Of a stretch of DNA of 64,000 nt, positions 38,706 through 55,160 are shown piece by piece. The stretch is from Octopus vulgaris (taxonomy: Eukaryota), in NCBI GenBank assembly GCA_951406725.2, contig OX597816.1:146258001-146322000 (forward strand). Direction: 5' to 3'. How positions within the stretch are numbered: position 1 is the first letter of the stretch; the number at the start of each line of letters is the position of its first letter. A model generated the notes under the pieces. That model saw only the letters and a list, made by a program, of their open reading frames with translations. It was not told the origin of the DNA and made no database searches. The translations under genes were made by a program, and so were the position numbers.

Positions 38706-39559
38706 GTGTGTGAGTGTGTTTGTACGCGTATACATATATTCATATATATACTGAAATTCATATAAGAAATATTTATACTTTAGCATGCAAAGTATGCTCT
38801 TTAGCATGCAAAGTATGCAAAGGCTCTTCAGTATATGATTTATATTTAGAAGTGTATTTATAGCAAAGTTTTAACTCAATACCTTCTCCAATTTTCTAGT
38901 ACTTCTTGATTTCTCAATTTGTGCTACAGAACAGTGTATTTTCCAACACTTTTCAAATTTCGCTGATACACTTTTAGATGCCTGCGCCGTACACCATGAT
39001 AAAAATTGTTGTCGAAAAGCATACATAGCTGCCGATAAACTTGGTAACTTTATCTCAATTTTTACTACAGATGCCACAAGAGAGAGAGGGAGAGAGAGAG
39101 TGAGAAAGAAAGGATCATGTTAATACTTGAAACTGCATTAGAAGATCGTCATTCTTGTGGTGACTATCTTTCACAATCTATTCCTAGTATTTCTTAACCA
39201 TCCAACAAGTACACGCTACATTTTTACTGATTTCGACATGAATAGACCTCATCTTTTTAATCCGTTGATGCGGTGGTCATGTTTTCTTGGTAAAATATTA
39301 AACTGCAATGATATTATTAATCACATTTTTTTCCATAATCCATATACACATGCGTAATATTACACAATTTAGTTGTCCTTGACTCTCAATAAATATCTGT
39401 TCTTCAACAGTTATTTTTTCTCTGTGATCCATTAAATGCTTCCCACAAAATTTACTGGCGTTCTGTTGTTCGATATGCAACTGCAATTGTTCGGCAATTG
39501 CTCACCATCGAGAAAGATCCGTCTAGTTGCATTTATCTTATGGTTTTGTCATCATTGAA

Positions 39560-39626
39560 ACCACCATCGGTTTCAAGCGATGTTGGGAGGACAAACACAG
39601 GCACACAAACATATACACACACATAC

Positions 39627-39686
<60 letters not shown>

Positions 39687-39838
39687 ACATACATATATAT
39701 ATATATATATATACGACGTTCTTCTTACAGTTTCCGTCTACCAAATCCACTCACAAGGCTTTGGTCGGCCCGAGGTTATAGTAGAAGACACTTGCCCAAG
39801 GTGCCACGCAGTGGGACTGAACCCGGAACCATGTGGTT
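39560..39838 (-). mobile_element. SINE family B, truncated
   Basis: cttgcccaaggtgccacgcagtgggactgaacccggaaccatgtggtt. Confidence 0.85.
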
Positions 39839-39899
39839 ACAGTAATGACTGTCCCATCAGAAGAGGAAGGCAGCCACTCTTACGCCTATTTTGTCCAAG

Positions 39900-40455
39900 T
39901 AAATTATATTATGATTTTCACGAACGTATTACGGTATTACCGACTGATATAGAAATATGCGGTAACTCAAGGTAGATGTAAGATCTGCTCAAAGAGGTCG
40001 AGCAACTGGAAGTCTCCAGGAAAGCATAGAATTGCCAGTTTCTGGTTGAATGCCTTCCCAGAGAGCCATGAACTGCTAACAAAACATTGCAGCAATGTTT
40101 GGCAACAACCTAATATGATTCCCGCTTGGCTAGTTAATGGTGTAACATTCGTACTTCCAAAGCATTGTAAAATATATTTTGTCGAAAATTTATTAGATAT
40201 TCTTTTATTTCCACGCCTATTGACATATGTGAGAACTTAATATTTTATTAATGTAAAGACTGTCTTGATTGAATATACCTATAGGCTTCTAATAAATAGT
40301 GGCATATTTCCTAATGAGCAAAAAGGATGTAAACGTGGGTCCTATGGTTGTAAAGAAAGCTAGTCCTGCAGGAATAAGATGATTCTTGGAAGACTATCAA
40401 AATGACACAAAAACTTGATTCGATAGCCTGGTAGACTATAAAAATTTTACCCACT
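39900..40455 (+). mobile_element. R4/Dong-like reverse transcriptase fragment, decayed
   Basis: NWKSPGKHRIASFWLNAF...IPAWLVNGVTFVLPK; IFPNEQKGCKRGSYGCKE; IAW.DYK. Confidence 0.85.
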
Positions 40456-40680
40456 ATCACATAAGGTGGATTTTGTTTATTCCTTCCTGTTTTTACGTTC
40501 CAAATTCAAATGTTATTACATCCTAACTCGGTGGGTGTTTTAATTTGTTGCTCCATTTAGCAATACTTTTGATAACTTGGATGCGTCTAGCTGACTTCGC
40601 CTTGTTGCAAGATTTCGGAACAGGTGATATTCAGCACCAGTAAAGTGTTACTGCTGTCTGTCTGCCTTCCTTTTAGTCTA

Positions 40681-40774
<94 letters not shown>

Positions 40775-41779
40775 AATGCCCTGATGATGATGATAATAAT
40801 AATAATAATAATAATAATAATTCTGTGTAAATGATACGTTTCGTTTTAACTTATCTGGAATTATCACTAATTGTGGTATATTTTGTTTTATACATAGTGG
40901 AAATTTTCTCCTTTTTCTTTGTCGACGTATGTAGGAAGTTCCTGCGATTACAATGTGCATCTGCAAATATGATTTGCATCTTAATTCAGTTAATCCGTTT
41001 CCTCAAATTAAAAACTCTCCTTTTCGTTGAATGCAGAAGAGTTATTAAAATGTTGCCAAATATTTTATATTAACTGGTGTTTCGAAGCCACATTAATAAA
41101 TACACTTTGATCTTTTGATCATTTATTAAGAAATGAAATATCAGCAGGCTTGTATCAAGTTAAACGTTGATTGTTAATCCTTAAATTACTGAACGTATTT
41201 TTTTTTTCACTGAAAATATTTGCTGGACATTGCTATTGCGCGCAACATACGAAACAACGAATCATGAAGTTTAATTTTATATTAAACTGGTACAATCAAT
41301 TACAAATACGACAAACAGTGGAATTTCCCAGCAACCAGAGATCAACAGTAATAACGGAAATACTACAAACAAACTTATTACAAAGTTAACTACAAAAATG
41401 TATTAGGAACAAAATTAAATGTGCAAGAACGAAAAATGTAAAATGGATTACTTTGTATCTTTCATTTTATGAAAAACACATACTAACTTGGCGAAGATGA
41501 ACTTTTGCTGTGAGAATTTAAAAGTTGTATTTTGCGATGTATACAGTCTATATATTTATAATTTATGAAAGACAAAGGTTACTTTTGATATTTACAGACA
41601 TTCGTAGAAAACTTTATATAATCCGATATCAATATATTCAAATTTATATGTGAAAAATGTTCAATAGTATTCCAAAATGATTACTATCTTCTTAAAAATG
41701 TGATATTAAAAGGAGAAATTTATAAAAACTGCATTTGAAACATTTTCAGGATTTCATAAAAGCAGCTGTATATGCCTGT

Positions 41780-43150
41780 TCTAGACATCGTAAGGCCTGC
41801 CAGAAAAAGACTGACAGGATGACGTTGCACATTGGAGACGTGCCCTGCTAGAAGCCTGTCTCACAATTTCCAAGTAAAAAGTGGGGGGACCTTTACAATT
41901 ATGTCTGCCTATTTTCTCTCCGATGTTCACAACTTTGTCATAATCACAATGGCAGCATGAATTTGTATATATTATGCATAACAAGGAAAATCAAGTTAAA
42001 AAGCTCATACGAGGATATTTACCCTGACGTAGACGACCGAGCATTGTTACGGAATTGCACAAATATTCTGAACTTTGAATTGTTGGGTGCCATATGAAAT
42101 ACGGCTTCGTCTACCTCTTGAAAGTTTCATCAAACAGTCATTCATAAAGTAAAACACTCGGAAAAATATCTCCACCAAAGCGAATTACTCATAATTCAAA
42201 TCAAGCAAACTCTATACAAGAACAAAAAGTTGGTTATTATTGATTCCTGAGTGATAGTTTTTCATTAACTTTATTGTGTTTGATCAAAACAGTAGCAGAT
42301 GAAGTACGATACTCCGTGAGCTCTGCTGATATATCTTGAAGTACGCTAAGTACTGAATAAGAAGTAAAGGATATTTGACACAAGTGTGTAACGCATGATA
42401 ACATATCAGTATTAAAGATACAGTAATGAAACACTTATCTTCCCCTGTATAATTTATTTTGTACACCACTTAATGAACATGAACATTTTTTGTGAGTAAA
42501 CGAAATACCTTTGCCAGTAAGATTCTACACTATTGTACACCCAGATTATATACAATATATGAGTAAAATGGAGGATAGCCATTTCAGCCAAAGAAAGGAG
42601 AATGCAGTAAACATTGGCCACATTCACATTTTCTCCATTAATGGGTTGGACATTATCTATGAAGCTTTGAATATTCTTTCTTTGTCACAAGAGCATCATA
42701 GACAATTTATATGGTTACAACTGAGCCAAGAATCTGAAAAGCATTCCTGTATATAACTACGTAATGCAAGACGAAGAATTCCACAATAGAGAACACTTGG
42801 ATGATGATACAGACAGAAACACAAAGTTTAATAGAGCTGCAATTCCGCATTCTCCAAAGGAAACCAGAAATCTCTTTGCTGTAATTATCTCTCATTTCTT
42901 ACCATCCACACATCATCAAGTCGCGTGTCATAGTCTTTGCGAAAGCATAGGAGATGTATTATGACATGTATGAATGTCAAAAATCACACCTGGAAATTAT
43001 CATAGGTATACTAACCGTTGAATCTCATAGAAAATACTAAACGTTTGAAAACCGGATAGCCTTTTGCAATGATAACAATGATGTTGAGTTGTTCGATGGA
43101 TATTTCTTCAGTTAGACAACCCTTCAGAATTTATATATTTTTCATATCAA
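41780..43150 (+). mobile_element. Heavily decayed Helitron RepHel fragment
   Basis: SQRKENAVNIGHIH and HLDDDTDRNTKFNRAAIPHSPKETRNLFAVIISHFLPS...LCESIGDVL resemble the Rep-helicase linker (GLL.DD.E...EA...P..LR.LFA.I). Boundaries approximate. Confidence 0.65.
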
Positions 43151-44501
43151 ATTAAGAATTTTCAAATCAAATACTAATTGGAAATCAATTGCTTTAAAAG
43201 TAACATTGGAATTTGTAGTCTTTAACCTGAAAGTTTATTCAATGCATGTATGTGTGTGTTTATGTACTCACCATATATAGCTATAAGTTTCCTGGCTTCA
43301 TTTTCCGAAAGCTTTGCGTGTATCAAAGGAAGCAATTTTGTGGCATCAATATTCTGTGATTACTTCACGTATATACACATATTTAACGAACACTCCAAAT
43401 TCATATCGCATTATTTATGCATCTATCCAATTCTCGAAGACATATAGAAAATACTAGTTAATACTAAAACTGGAATTATTGAAGTCACTCATAGCAGTCA
43501 CCTTTCAAATTTAGTTGAGCTATAGATGGAAGTATTTGCAATAATTTCTATCACCGTAAATATCATTTGTGGATTCGTGGAATATTGATGGTGAAAAGTG
43601 TAAGTAAATGGATACACGAAACTAAATTAAGGAATGTATTTTTCTTTAACTCAGTCTACAGATGAACATATAAGACAATAATGTACTCATGCGTCCACCC
43701 ATCCACCCATACAATCATACAAACATAATACATACCATCGTAAATACGTACAATATCCACGTATACATATATTTACATTCACATACCTGTATATGTATGT
43801 ACGTATGTATGCGTGGATGCATAACTTTATGTATGTATACGTGTATGCATGCATGCCAGCATATTTGCATGCATATTTTCAACTTGCTTCCTGGTCGGGC
43901 AGTTAATACATTCTCTTCAAAATCATAGCTTTCGATTTCGAACCCGTTGTATGATATTCAGCGTATGGGTAATCTTATAAAAACTGCACATAATGAAACT
44001 AAATGGATGAAACTAACCAGATAAAACTAATTAGGTGTAACATTGCATAAAAGCTCACTGCTTGGTTTGTACCTGTATTTAAATGATAAAACCTTGTTAC
44101 ACATTCTGCCTTTCTGTTTCTGCCAGGGAATTACATTAAGTTGTCGTTCCTGCTCAGCTAATTACATGCTAATTCAATGAGAAGTTAAGACAGTTCTTCA
44201 AACTGCTGAAAAAATCCAACAAAGATCCATCAATCCAGATTCACAGATCAATTAATACGCACATACACACAAACATCATGGAGCATTAAACTATAATCAA
44301 TTGGTATACTATAACAGTCGAACATGTATGCAACTTCGAAATTACTGTATTTGTAACACAGTAATAAATTCTTCAACTGAAGGTTTTTGTGTTCATTTAT
44401 TTCAAATACGAAATTTCTCCGTTCCACTTTATACATACGAACGTACATAGATACATACTTACGTATATACTGATGCTTTTGTGTGTCTGTATATCTGTCT
44501 G

Positions 44502-44566
<65 letters not shown>

Positions 44567-44604
44567 TTGTGTATATATATATGTGTGTGTATGTATGTAC
44601 GTAT

Positions 44605-45115
44605 ATGAAATACAAAATGGGACAAGAATACAAAACATACGGACAACTAGGTGATACAAATAGGGACAACAAAACCTCCAGATAGACGTTACAAACAAAA
44701 CAAGGACGAGTCATTCGAAGTTTTCTATCTTCAGTCAAGAACCAATTCCTCGCAATTTCGGCTCATTATTCTTAAGATTGCTTCAATCTGGCCAGCCCCA
44801 AGGAAAAACTAAGCTAAGAGCATTAGATTCCTTGAAAGAAAGCAACGAATGTATACAAAAACAAAGACGGAGAAAATGGACAATGTTTCACAAATATAAA
44901 TACAATAAAAAAAATAACAGGACATAACAACGGGTGTTTTTCGACTAAGGACGAATTGAATTAAGATGGCGTGTGTGGAAATGAAGCCTTACGGTAACAA
45001 TGCAAAGATTTCACAAACACAGGTAAGAATGTCGATGTTGCACGGACCACGGTCAGACCAAGAAAGAGAGAGCAGGCTGGCCGATCGGTCACGTGGGAAG
45101 AGAAGAGTGAGGTGT
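44605..45115. mobile_element. Unclassified interspersed element between microsatellites
   Basis: Higher-complexity, strand-biased 500-bp block bounded by TA/TG runs; no second copy in the window. Confidence 0.35.
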
Positions 45116-45749
45116 ATATACATATATATACATGCGCGCACGCATAGCAATCTAGGTGTTTCCTAACACCTTAGTCACATTTAGTGTCATTTGTAATTCT
45201 CTTTTTTGGTGAAACATTGCAAAGTGCTGTTTATATTAATTTTATATATTCATATTGGCAAGTCGCTAAATCATCTAATCATTTTGATGACGCAAACGTA
45301 AGTACTAATGTGGAAGTGGGTCCGGAAAGACCAGTTAAATCGAGCGGTTTAAATTGAAGCGACAACGGAAATTGCCGAAACTGACTCGTCAGTATTAAGA
45401 ATTATCGATCGTGCTTTCATTTACGTATGATAACTACAGCATTAGAGCTCTTATTTCTAACACGTTAGGTGTCTCCTAAGAGCCTAGTCCCATTTAGTGA
45501 CATTTGTCATATTTGTAATAATTAAGTATTATTCTTGTAATAATACTTAGTTCATCAAAATGATTAGCACATTAAATTAGCCTAAATTTTGATATTTTCA
45601 GTGCCTGAAATCATAATACATTTATCATAACTATAATAATACTTTTGCCGTAACTATTTCTTTGTTATAAAAGTTAATGAGCATTGTACGTGTTTCCTTT
45701 TTTTCATAACTGTATACTTAATTTTGAACCACCTTGCATATATATATAT

Positions 45750-46066
<317 letters not shown>

Positions 46067-46136
46067 ACCGAAAGAGCTACTAAGTTTCATGAGTTTATGA
46101 TACTTGTACAGGCATATATATATACATACATAAAAT

Positions 46137-46347
46137 TCAAAATGTGACCGCATGTGTACCGTTGGCGATTTTTTCCTGCGTCTTCCCTTCTCTGGATATT
46201 TTCTTTTCCTGTTTCTGACGAAGAGCTCCGCTCGAAACGTTTAACCCTCCATCTTTCCTTCTTTCCTCAGCATCCAATAATACTATACTTGTTCCACGTC
46301 CTCGCGTTGTTGTGTTTTCTCTTTGTGTTTTCATGTTTGGATTAACT
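46137..46347 (+). mobile_element. Short element family D with minimal hammerhead
   Basis: gttt-CTGACGA-agagctccgctc-GAAA-cgtt; copies at 50750-50938 (-) and 60043-60251 (+) share the 3' end ggattaact. Confidence 0.8.
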
Positions 46348-46741
46348 TCGTGGCTGTGTGGTAAGTAGCTTGTTTTCCAACCACATGGTTTCGGGTTCAG
46401 TCCCACTGCGTGGCACCTTGGGCAAGTATCTTCTATTATAGCCTCGGGCCGACCAAAGCCTTGTGAGTGGATTTGGTAGACGGAAACTGAAAGATGCCCG
46501 TCGTATATATGTATATGTATTTTTGTGTGTTTGTGTTTGTGTGTCTGGGTTTGTCCCCCTAGCATTGCTTGACAACCGATGCTGATGTGTTTATGTCCCT
46601 GTCACTTAGCGGTTCGGCAAATGAGACAGATAGAATAAGTACTGGGCTTACAAAGCATAAGTCCCGGGGTCGAGTTGCTCGATTAAAGGCGGTGCTCCAG
46701 CATGGCTGCAGTCAAATGACTGAAACAAATAAGAGAGTAAG

Positions 46742-46745
<4 letters not shown>
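46348..46745 (+). mobile_element. SINE family B
   Basis: Head, CORE-like segment and tail ggcggtgctccagcatggctgcagtcaaatgactgaaac. Confidence 0.9.
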
Positions 46746-46776
<31 letters not shown>

Positions 46777-47315
46777 ATGTGTCTTAAACCAATCTTTCAT
46801 GCTCTGGTCAAGAGATTTAGAACTCAAGAAAATGAGTGTGATTCTGTTTATTCTAAAACAGTTGAGATTTTTTTTATTTCATTGGAGGCAATTAACATCA
46901 AATATGAAAATATTTGCGAACTATGTCAGTTTATATATATATATATATAAATTTTATTCCTTGCGTCCCCACCTAATTTCTCTTTACATCGCATCCATTT
47001 TCCTACAACTGCAAAGAAGCCAACCCTATTTACTTTTAGCGTGAGCAACTCCCTAACTGATGCTTTCATTAGCCATTTAATATTGATTTTGCTTTTCTTT
47101 TCTCTTTCCTTAAACTTGCCAGTTCTGCTGTTGATAGTTTGATAATTCATTTCTCCATCTTAATGCAACAATGATACGACCTGAAGAATAGCTGAGCTGC
47201 TTTTCTGTATGTTGCAATTAAAGTAAAAACGCATCGCTTTGCTGTGCAACGCTTGTAGACTTTGTTTCACTTGCTCAATTGTTTTGCAGATTTCTGTTAC
47301 ACAAATATACACACG

Positions 47316-47378
<63 letters not shown>

Positions 47379-48580
47379 TAAAGTTTATATGCCAACAGAG
47401 CTCTATTGGACTCTCTGAGGTATATATCTTCGGGTATTTGTGAATGAAATAAAGTATTAAATAGTATTATACTGTAATCTGAGAGAATTGTTGGCGATAA
47501 CTTCTAATTATGAACTATTTCCAGGTTATGGAAGAAGCAGAAACCTAGGAGGATGTTTTTTTTTCAAGAATAATAACTTTTGTTCCATGAAAATTCCTTT
47601 CTTGAGATTAAGTTGGGATGTATTTTATCTTTCTTTTTTTGCGTATAATTTTTATTGTTGTTATCTTCGGATCATCGGATTCTATGAATTAGGCGATTTA
47701 AGTACATTAATTTTCTGATCTAGTAATAAATTTATATTTCAGATTTGAGAAGTGAGGTAGACCATACAGTAGGCATGCTTCCGTATCGAGAAGCATACTA
47801 TATGTATACATAGGCAGAGATTCAATGCTACAACAGTTTGAATGTGGCATCTTCAATAATGGCACTTCATTATGGCGTTTTTCTTTCTTACTGTGTAGAA
47901 GAGAACACAGATAGAAATATGTTTGCCTGCACTTCGTTAAGTACTATGAATATAGCTCGATCACATGCAGAAAAATCTCTGAAAATATAAGGTTTCAATT
48001 TTACTATGGAGCCGCAACAGACCTCTGAACCTAATCAGTAAAAAGTGCAGAGATGTTATTAAAGATGTTTAACTCCGGTTTCTCTGATGCACCAACACAC
48101 ACAGATTCACAGATTCATGCAGATTCATATATATATATATATATATATAAATAGTTATATATATATACATACAGAGAGAGAGAGAGAGAGAAAGAGAGAT
48201 GCATATTCACATGCACGTACACACACACACACACACATCACTAGGAAGAAGGAATGGATTCGCTAAGTGCATGACAATGTTACCGTTCAGGTTTCGGCAC
48301 TTAGTGGTAATCACATTAAACAAGCAATTTGCGTGAACGCAAAAAGTTCTATGCGGTTGGAGGAGGGCTATGATGTTCATACTCATATTTTTCTCTCCTT
48401 CTAATATGTCTGTGTATCTGTGTGTGTGTTCGTGTATGTATGGTGTGTATGTGTGTAAGAGTAGAAGTAAGTACAGTAAGAGAAAGCGGGGTATAGGTGT
48501 GGATTGACTTTATGCATACACACATATATATATATATATTTTATATGAATATTTATACACACACACATATATATATATAA

Positions 48581-48629
<49 letters not shown>

Positions 48630-48630
<1 letters not shown>

Positions 48631-48758
48631 TAGCAGTATCGCCCGGCGTTGCTCAGGTTTGTAAGGGAAATAACTATAAAGCATTTTTAGAGAGTTATAG
48701 CCAAAAAAATAGCAAAAAAATGGAAAAAAAATGAAACTGCCGTTTATATAGAGAGAGA
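48630..48758 (-). mobile_element. Miniature non-autonomous Helitron (~129 bp)
   Basis: Minus strand: 5' TC, subterminal hairpin cctgagcaacgccggg, 3' CTAG, inserted between A and T. Confidence 0.8.
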
Positions 48759-48761
48759 TAC

Positions 48762-48804
<43 letters not shown>

Positions 48805-48861
48805 TACGTATGTGTATGTATATATATATATGTATATACACACACGCACACACACACACAA

Positions 48862-48893
<32 letters not shown>

Positions 48894-49479
48894 TATATAC
48901 ACGCTAACGAGTCTTTTGGAGTAAAAGTAGAAATGTATGATAAAATATTAATTTCCATTTTAGAGTTTATACGTGGCTCTAATACTAGTTATGTTCATTT
49001 TAACTAAGTTGCTATTGCCAATATTCGGTATCGTAGGTTAAAATTATATTATCATCTTAGAGTGATTCCCTTTCATTATCTAATTATAAGGTTATTGACC
49101 GAAAGTTCGTTGCTTTATTTAGATGTGTGTGTGTGTTTATACGTGTTAGTGCATGTTTAGCTATATGGAAATATGTGTGTATATATGTATATATGATATA
49201 TACATATGTATGTATCAATGAATCTTTTGATTGTTTTATAAGCTTTCAACGTCTTGTATTCTTTTTCCTGTCTCCACTCTATTTTCGCAGAACCGGATCT
49301 ATTTCTCTATCTTGCTGTCTGTCTGTCTTTCTATCTATGAATTTGTCTGTCTGTCTGTCTATTTAAATATCGTTTTATCTATCTATCCATCTATCTATCA
49401 ATATATGTATATAAATATGTACATAAATAAATGAATAAAAATACACATACTCACAGACATACACACACATAAATATACA

Positions 49480-49900
49480 TACGAGGGGGGAGGCAAAAAT
49501 CATTTGCACTTCCGCAATATCATACCTTTTATTATAGTCATTCTGCCTTCTGCGCATGCGTGCTTATATTCGGTATTAATGTGGTCACATGATCGAATTT
49601 CGAGCCTGATCGCACCATTTTTCTTTATGGCTTTACCGTAGCAATGTGCACCAAAGAAGAACAAAGAGCAGGTAACCGATTTCTCTGGTCGGAAGGTGTG
49701 TTAGGTGCTGAAATTCATCGGAGGCTATCAGAACAATACGGGGACAGTGCACTACTGTATAGACGTGAGTATGAGTGGAACGAGAAGTTTAAAAAGTGCC
49801 GGACAGGCGTGTCACTTGAAGAAGTAGACGGACGCCCGTCAAACTCCATCACTGACTTGGAGATTTAGCAAGCTCGAGTAATGGTAATAATGAACCAGTT
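49480..49900 (+). mobile_element. mariner 5' fragment (HTH region)
   Basis: TA followed by cgaggggg at the end; MCTKEEQRAGNRFLWSEGVLGAEIHRRLSEQYGD...YEW..KFK..RT...GRP. Confidence 0.9.
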
Positions 49901-50454
49901 CACAATTACTATCTCTCGGATAACCGACAAAAATAAAGATATGCTATGGCGAAAGTCCGGATAACTTTTTATTTCTGTGTGTGTGTGTGTGTGTAATATG
50001 ATTAAAATGACTATATAAATATATAGATATGCAATTATTTATGCATGTATAGTCATGTGTATAAGTTTCTGTGTGAGTGTAAAATATTAAATACACACAT
50101 ATACACACATACATGCATATATACATACATATATATGTGTGTGTATGTATGCATGTATGTATGTAATATATATATACAATATGTATATATAAGTCTGTAG
50201 TGTGCGTCTATAACTGATAGAACACTTAATGCATAGCATACCTTATTTAAAATAATTAGAATCGTTTCGTCACATTTTTACACCGTTAAATTTTTTATAT
50301 CGGTGAAGTGTTGTGTAATTACTATCATCTATCCAAGAGGGAAAACGCGATTCCTCAGATCATTGTTTAAATAAGACCTTCGGTCGATCCCGTTGTCATT
50401 TCCTTCTGTATTAGAATCTACGCCCAAAACAGTGTGAAATTTTCAATACGTACA

Positions 50455-50523
<69 letters not shown>

Positions 50524-50532
50524 ATATATATA

Positions 50533-50711
50533 GGGGGGGGGGGAGAATTCACAAAAAGAAAAAAAGACAGGTGGTGTAGACAATGAACAGAAGTATTAGT
50601 ATGACGCTCGGGAAGTGAAAACGTTTTAAGGTTTCGAGCCTACGCTCTTCCACAGAAACGAACACAGAAAGAAACAAGGAGAGAGAATAAAGAATGTTTA
50701 GTGGCTAGCGA

Positions 50712-50718
<7 letters not shown>
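50533..50718 (-). mobile_element. Short element family E copy
   Basis: Reverse-complement homologue of 45750-45951, flanked by (TA)n. Confidence 0.75.
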
Positions 50719-50749
<31 letters not shown>

Positions 50750-50750
<1 letters not shown>

Positions 50751-50938
50751 GTTAATCCAAACATGAAAACCCAAAAAGAAAACACAACTACGCGAGGACG
50801 TGGAACAAATATAGTATTATTGGACGCTCAGGAAAGAAGGAAAGAAGGACGGTTTAAGGTTTCGAGCGGGGCTCTTCGTCAGAAACATAGGAAAAGGAAA
50901 GATCCAGAGAAGGGAAGACGGAGGGAAAAAATCTCCAA
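50750..50938 (-). mobile_element. Short element family D copy
   Basis: Intact CTGACGA/GAAA core at 50852-50886; 3' end joins (TA)n. Confidence 0.8.
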
Positions 50939-51431
50939 ATACATACATATATATACACATGTACGTATTTATATATGTATGTATATTATACATGCATGTG
51001 TATACAAAAATATGTGTGGTGGGTTTGTATGCTAGTATGTTGTATAATATACTCATGATATATAGTGTGCTTCATATTTTACTTGGCAGTCTTACTCTGG
51101 ATCTGTTTATAATTTAATTACTATTTTCTGCGTCACTTACCCACTCATAGTTTTAGTTAGTATCAATCTTGTAGAATGTGTGAGGGCGTATATGGTGCAC
51201 ACATGAACACACAGAGTACGACAACACATACCTATATACTCACAACACTTATACACATACACATACGTATTCAAAATATGCATATATATATATACATATG
51301 TGTGTGTATGTATGTATATATGTATGAATGTATGTGTGCATGTGTAGATAAACAGATATACACACACGCTGTCATACACACCGACATATATTATACATAC
51401 ATATATATATATTATATGTATACATATATAT

Positions 51432-51588
<157 letters not shown>

Positions 51589-52009
51589 TGGGTAACTTTT
51601 CATTTAGCTCTGCTTGATTAGAAGCTGACGGAGTTAATCAGCGTGGTAGTGAAGGAGAGAGCACTTGAGAAAGAGAGAGAGATAGAGAGAGAAAGAATGA
51701 AAGACAGTGTGATTGAGAGACTAAAACACGCTAGAACCTGTATTTGTCGAGTGTTGGTTTGTGTGTGCGTGCTTGTCTTTCTAAGTGGTGTGGTTGCGTG
51801 TGAGGGAACACCTGTTATATTAATTTTGTTGATATGTTTCTATGACAACGGCAGTTTTATCATCAGCCGTTTACATTGACAATAGCATGAACATAATAAT
51901 ATCAACAACATTGCTCAAGGAGACAAAGCAATAATAATAATTAACAAATGTTCGCTAAGAACTGTACACACTAATATATTTATCACCGACATCATGACAT
52001 CGATCTTCA

Positions 52010-52983
52010 GTCAGTATGACCATCATCTTCGTCGCCGTTGTCGTCCTCATCATCCATGGCTTTGTCGTTATCGTTGACATCGTCGTCGCCGCCACCATGA
52101 TCATTATTATGGGTTTCATGAGCATCATCAACACCACCATCATCATCGTCATCATAATCATCGTCATCATTGTCGTCGGTATTATGTTCTTCATTGTGAT
52201 AGTCGTTGTCGTGACCATGATGAAAACATCATTTTTGTGTCTTCATTCCTTATCGTCCTCGTCGCCAACTTCGCAATCTTGGCTGTCGTGTTCACCATCG
52301 TCAGCGTATCTGCCACTCTTGTTATCGTTGTTTCGGTCTCTCATCATCACCACTACCGGCATCCTCACCACCACCAACACGACCACCACCACCAACACGA
52401 CGACGACCACCAACGCAACCACCACCACCAACATCCTCATCATCATTATCATCATCACCACCTCCACTGCCACCATCATCGTCATAATCATCATCATCAC
52501 GACGACGACCACCACCACCAACACCACCATCATCATCATCAGCAGCAGCAGCATCGCCACCATCATCGTCATCATCATCATTATCACGAGCACCACCAAC
52601 GCCACGACCACCACCACCATTATCATCATCATCATCATCACTACCTCTACCACTACCATCATTGTCATCATCATGACGACGACCACCACCGCCACAAACA
52701 CCACCATCATCATCATCATTATCACCATCATCATCAGCAGCAGCATCCCCACCTCCACCGCCACCATCATCGTCATCATCATCATTATCACGAACATCAC
52801 CAACGCCACGACCACCCCCACCATTATCATCATCATCTTCATTATCATCATCATCACTACCTCCACCACTACCATCATTGTCATCATCATGACGACGACC
52901 ACCACCACCACTAACCACCACCATCATCATCATCATCATCACCATCATCATCATCAGCAGCATCACCACCTCCACCGCCACCG

Positions 52984-53024
<41 letters not shown>

Positions 53025-53665
53025 GTCGTCGTCGTCGTCGTCGTCGTCGCCCGTCGTTGTCATCAACATCGCTTTCAACGAGTTCATCTCCATTGTCGTC
53101 TCTAGCACGTCGTCCTCGTCGTCGTCGTCGTTATTGTCATCATCTTCGTATCCCTCATTGCTTTCCCGTTATTGCTACTGTCTCTCTTACCGTAAACATC
53201 TCCATTATCACCTTTTCAATTTTCACCTTATCCCTCATTATCAACACCTTTAGTAGTAGCAGTAGCAGCAGTAAACAGTGGCAGCACGACAGGCAGCTTC
53301 AGCAGATCAAGAAAAACCCAGCAGCGTTATCATAATCGTTATCAAAACCAGGGCTTTCACATTCATCCCCATCAACGCTGACTTCACCATCATCTCCACC
53401 GGCATCCCCCTCATCATCATCATCATCATTATAATGATCATTATCAACAAAAACAACAAAGACGGCAACTGCCATATCAACAACAATATCGTCACCCTTA
53501 ACAGTGTTGTAAACATCACCATGCAAAGCAGCATCAGGGTTTATCATTACTATCAATCATGATCATCAGCATAACATCAGCAACAGTACTAACACGCAAG
53601 CCGACACCTCCACAAATCGTCTGCCGTGTCCTCCGCATCACTATCATCATCACCATCATCATCAT
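52010..53665. repeat. Compound trinucleotide (CAT/CAC/GAC/CGT) tract with ~210-bp higher-order duplication
   Basis: gccaccatcatcgtcatcatcatcattatcacga.ca.caccaacgccacgaccacc recurs at about 52556 and 52760. Confidence 0.85.

Positions 53666-55160
<1,495 letters not shown>

Noticed and set aside
44725-44810. Hammerhead candidate (minus-strand ggct...agcc-GAAA and a nearby CTGAAGA)
   Set aside because: Core elements are in the wrong order or spacing for a three-way junction.
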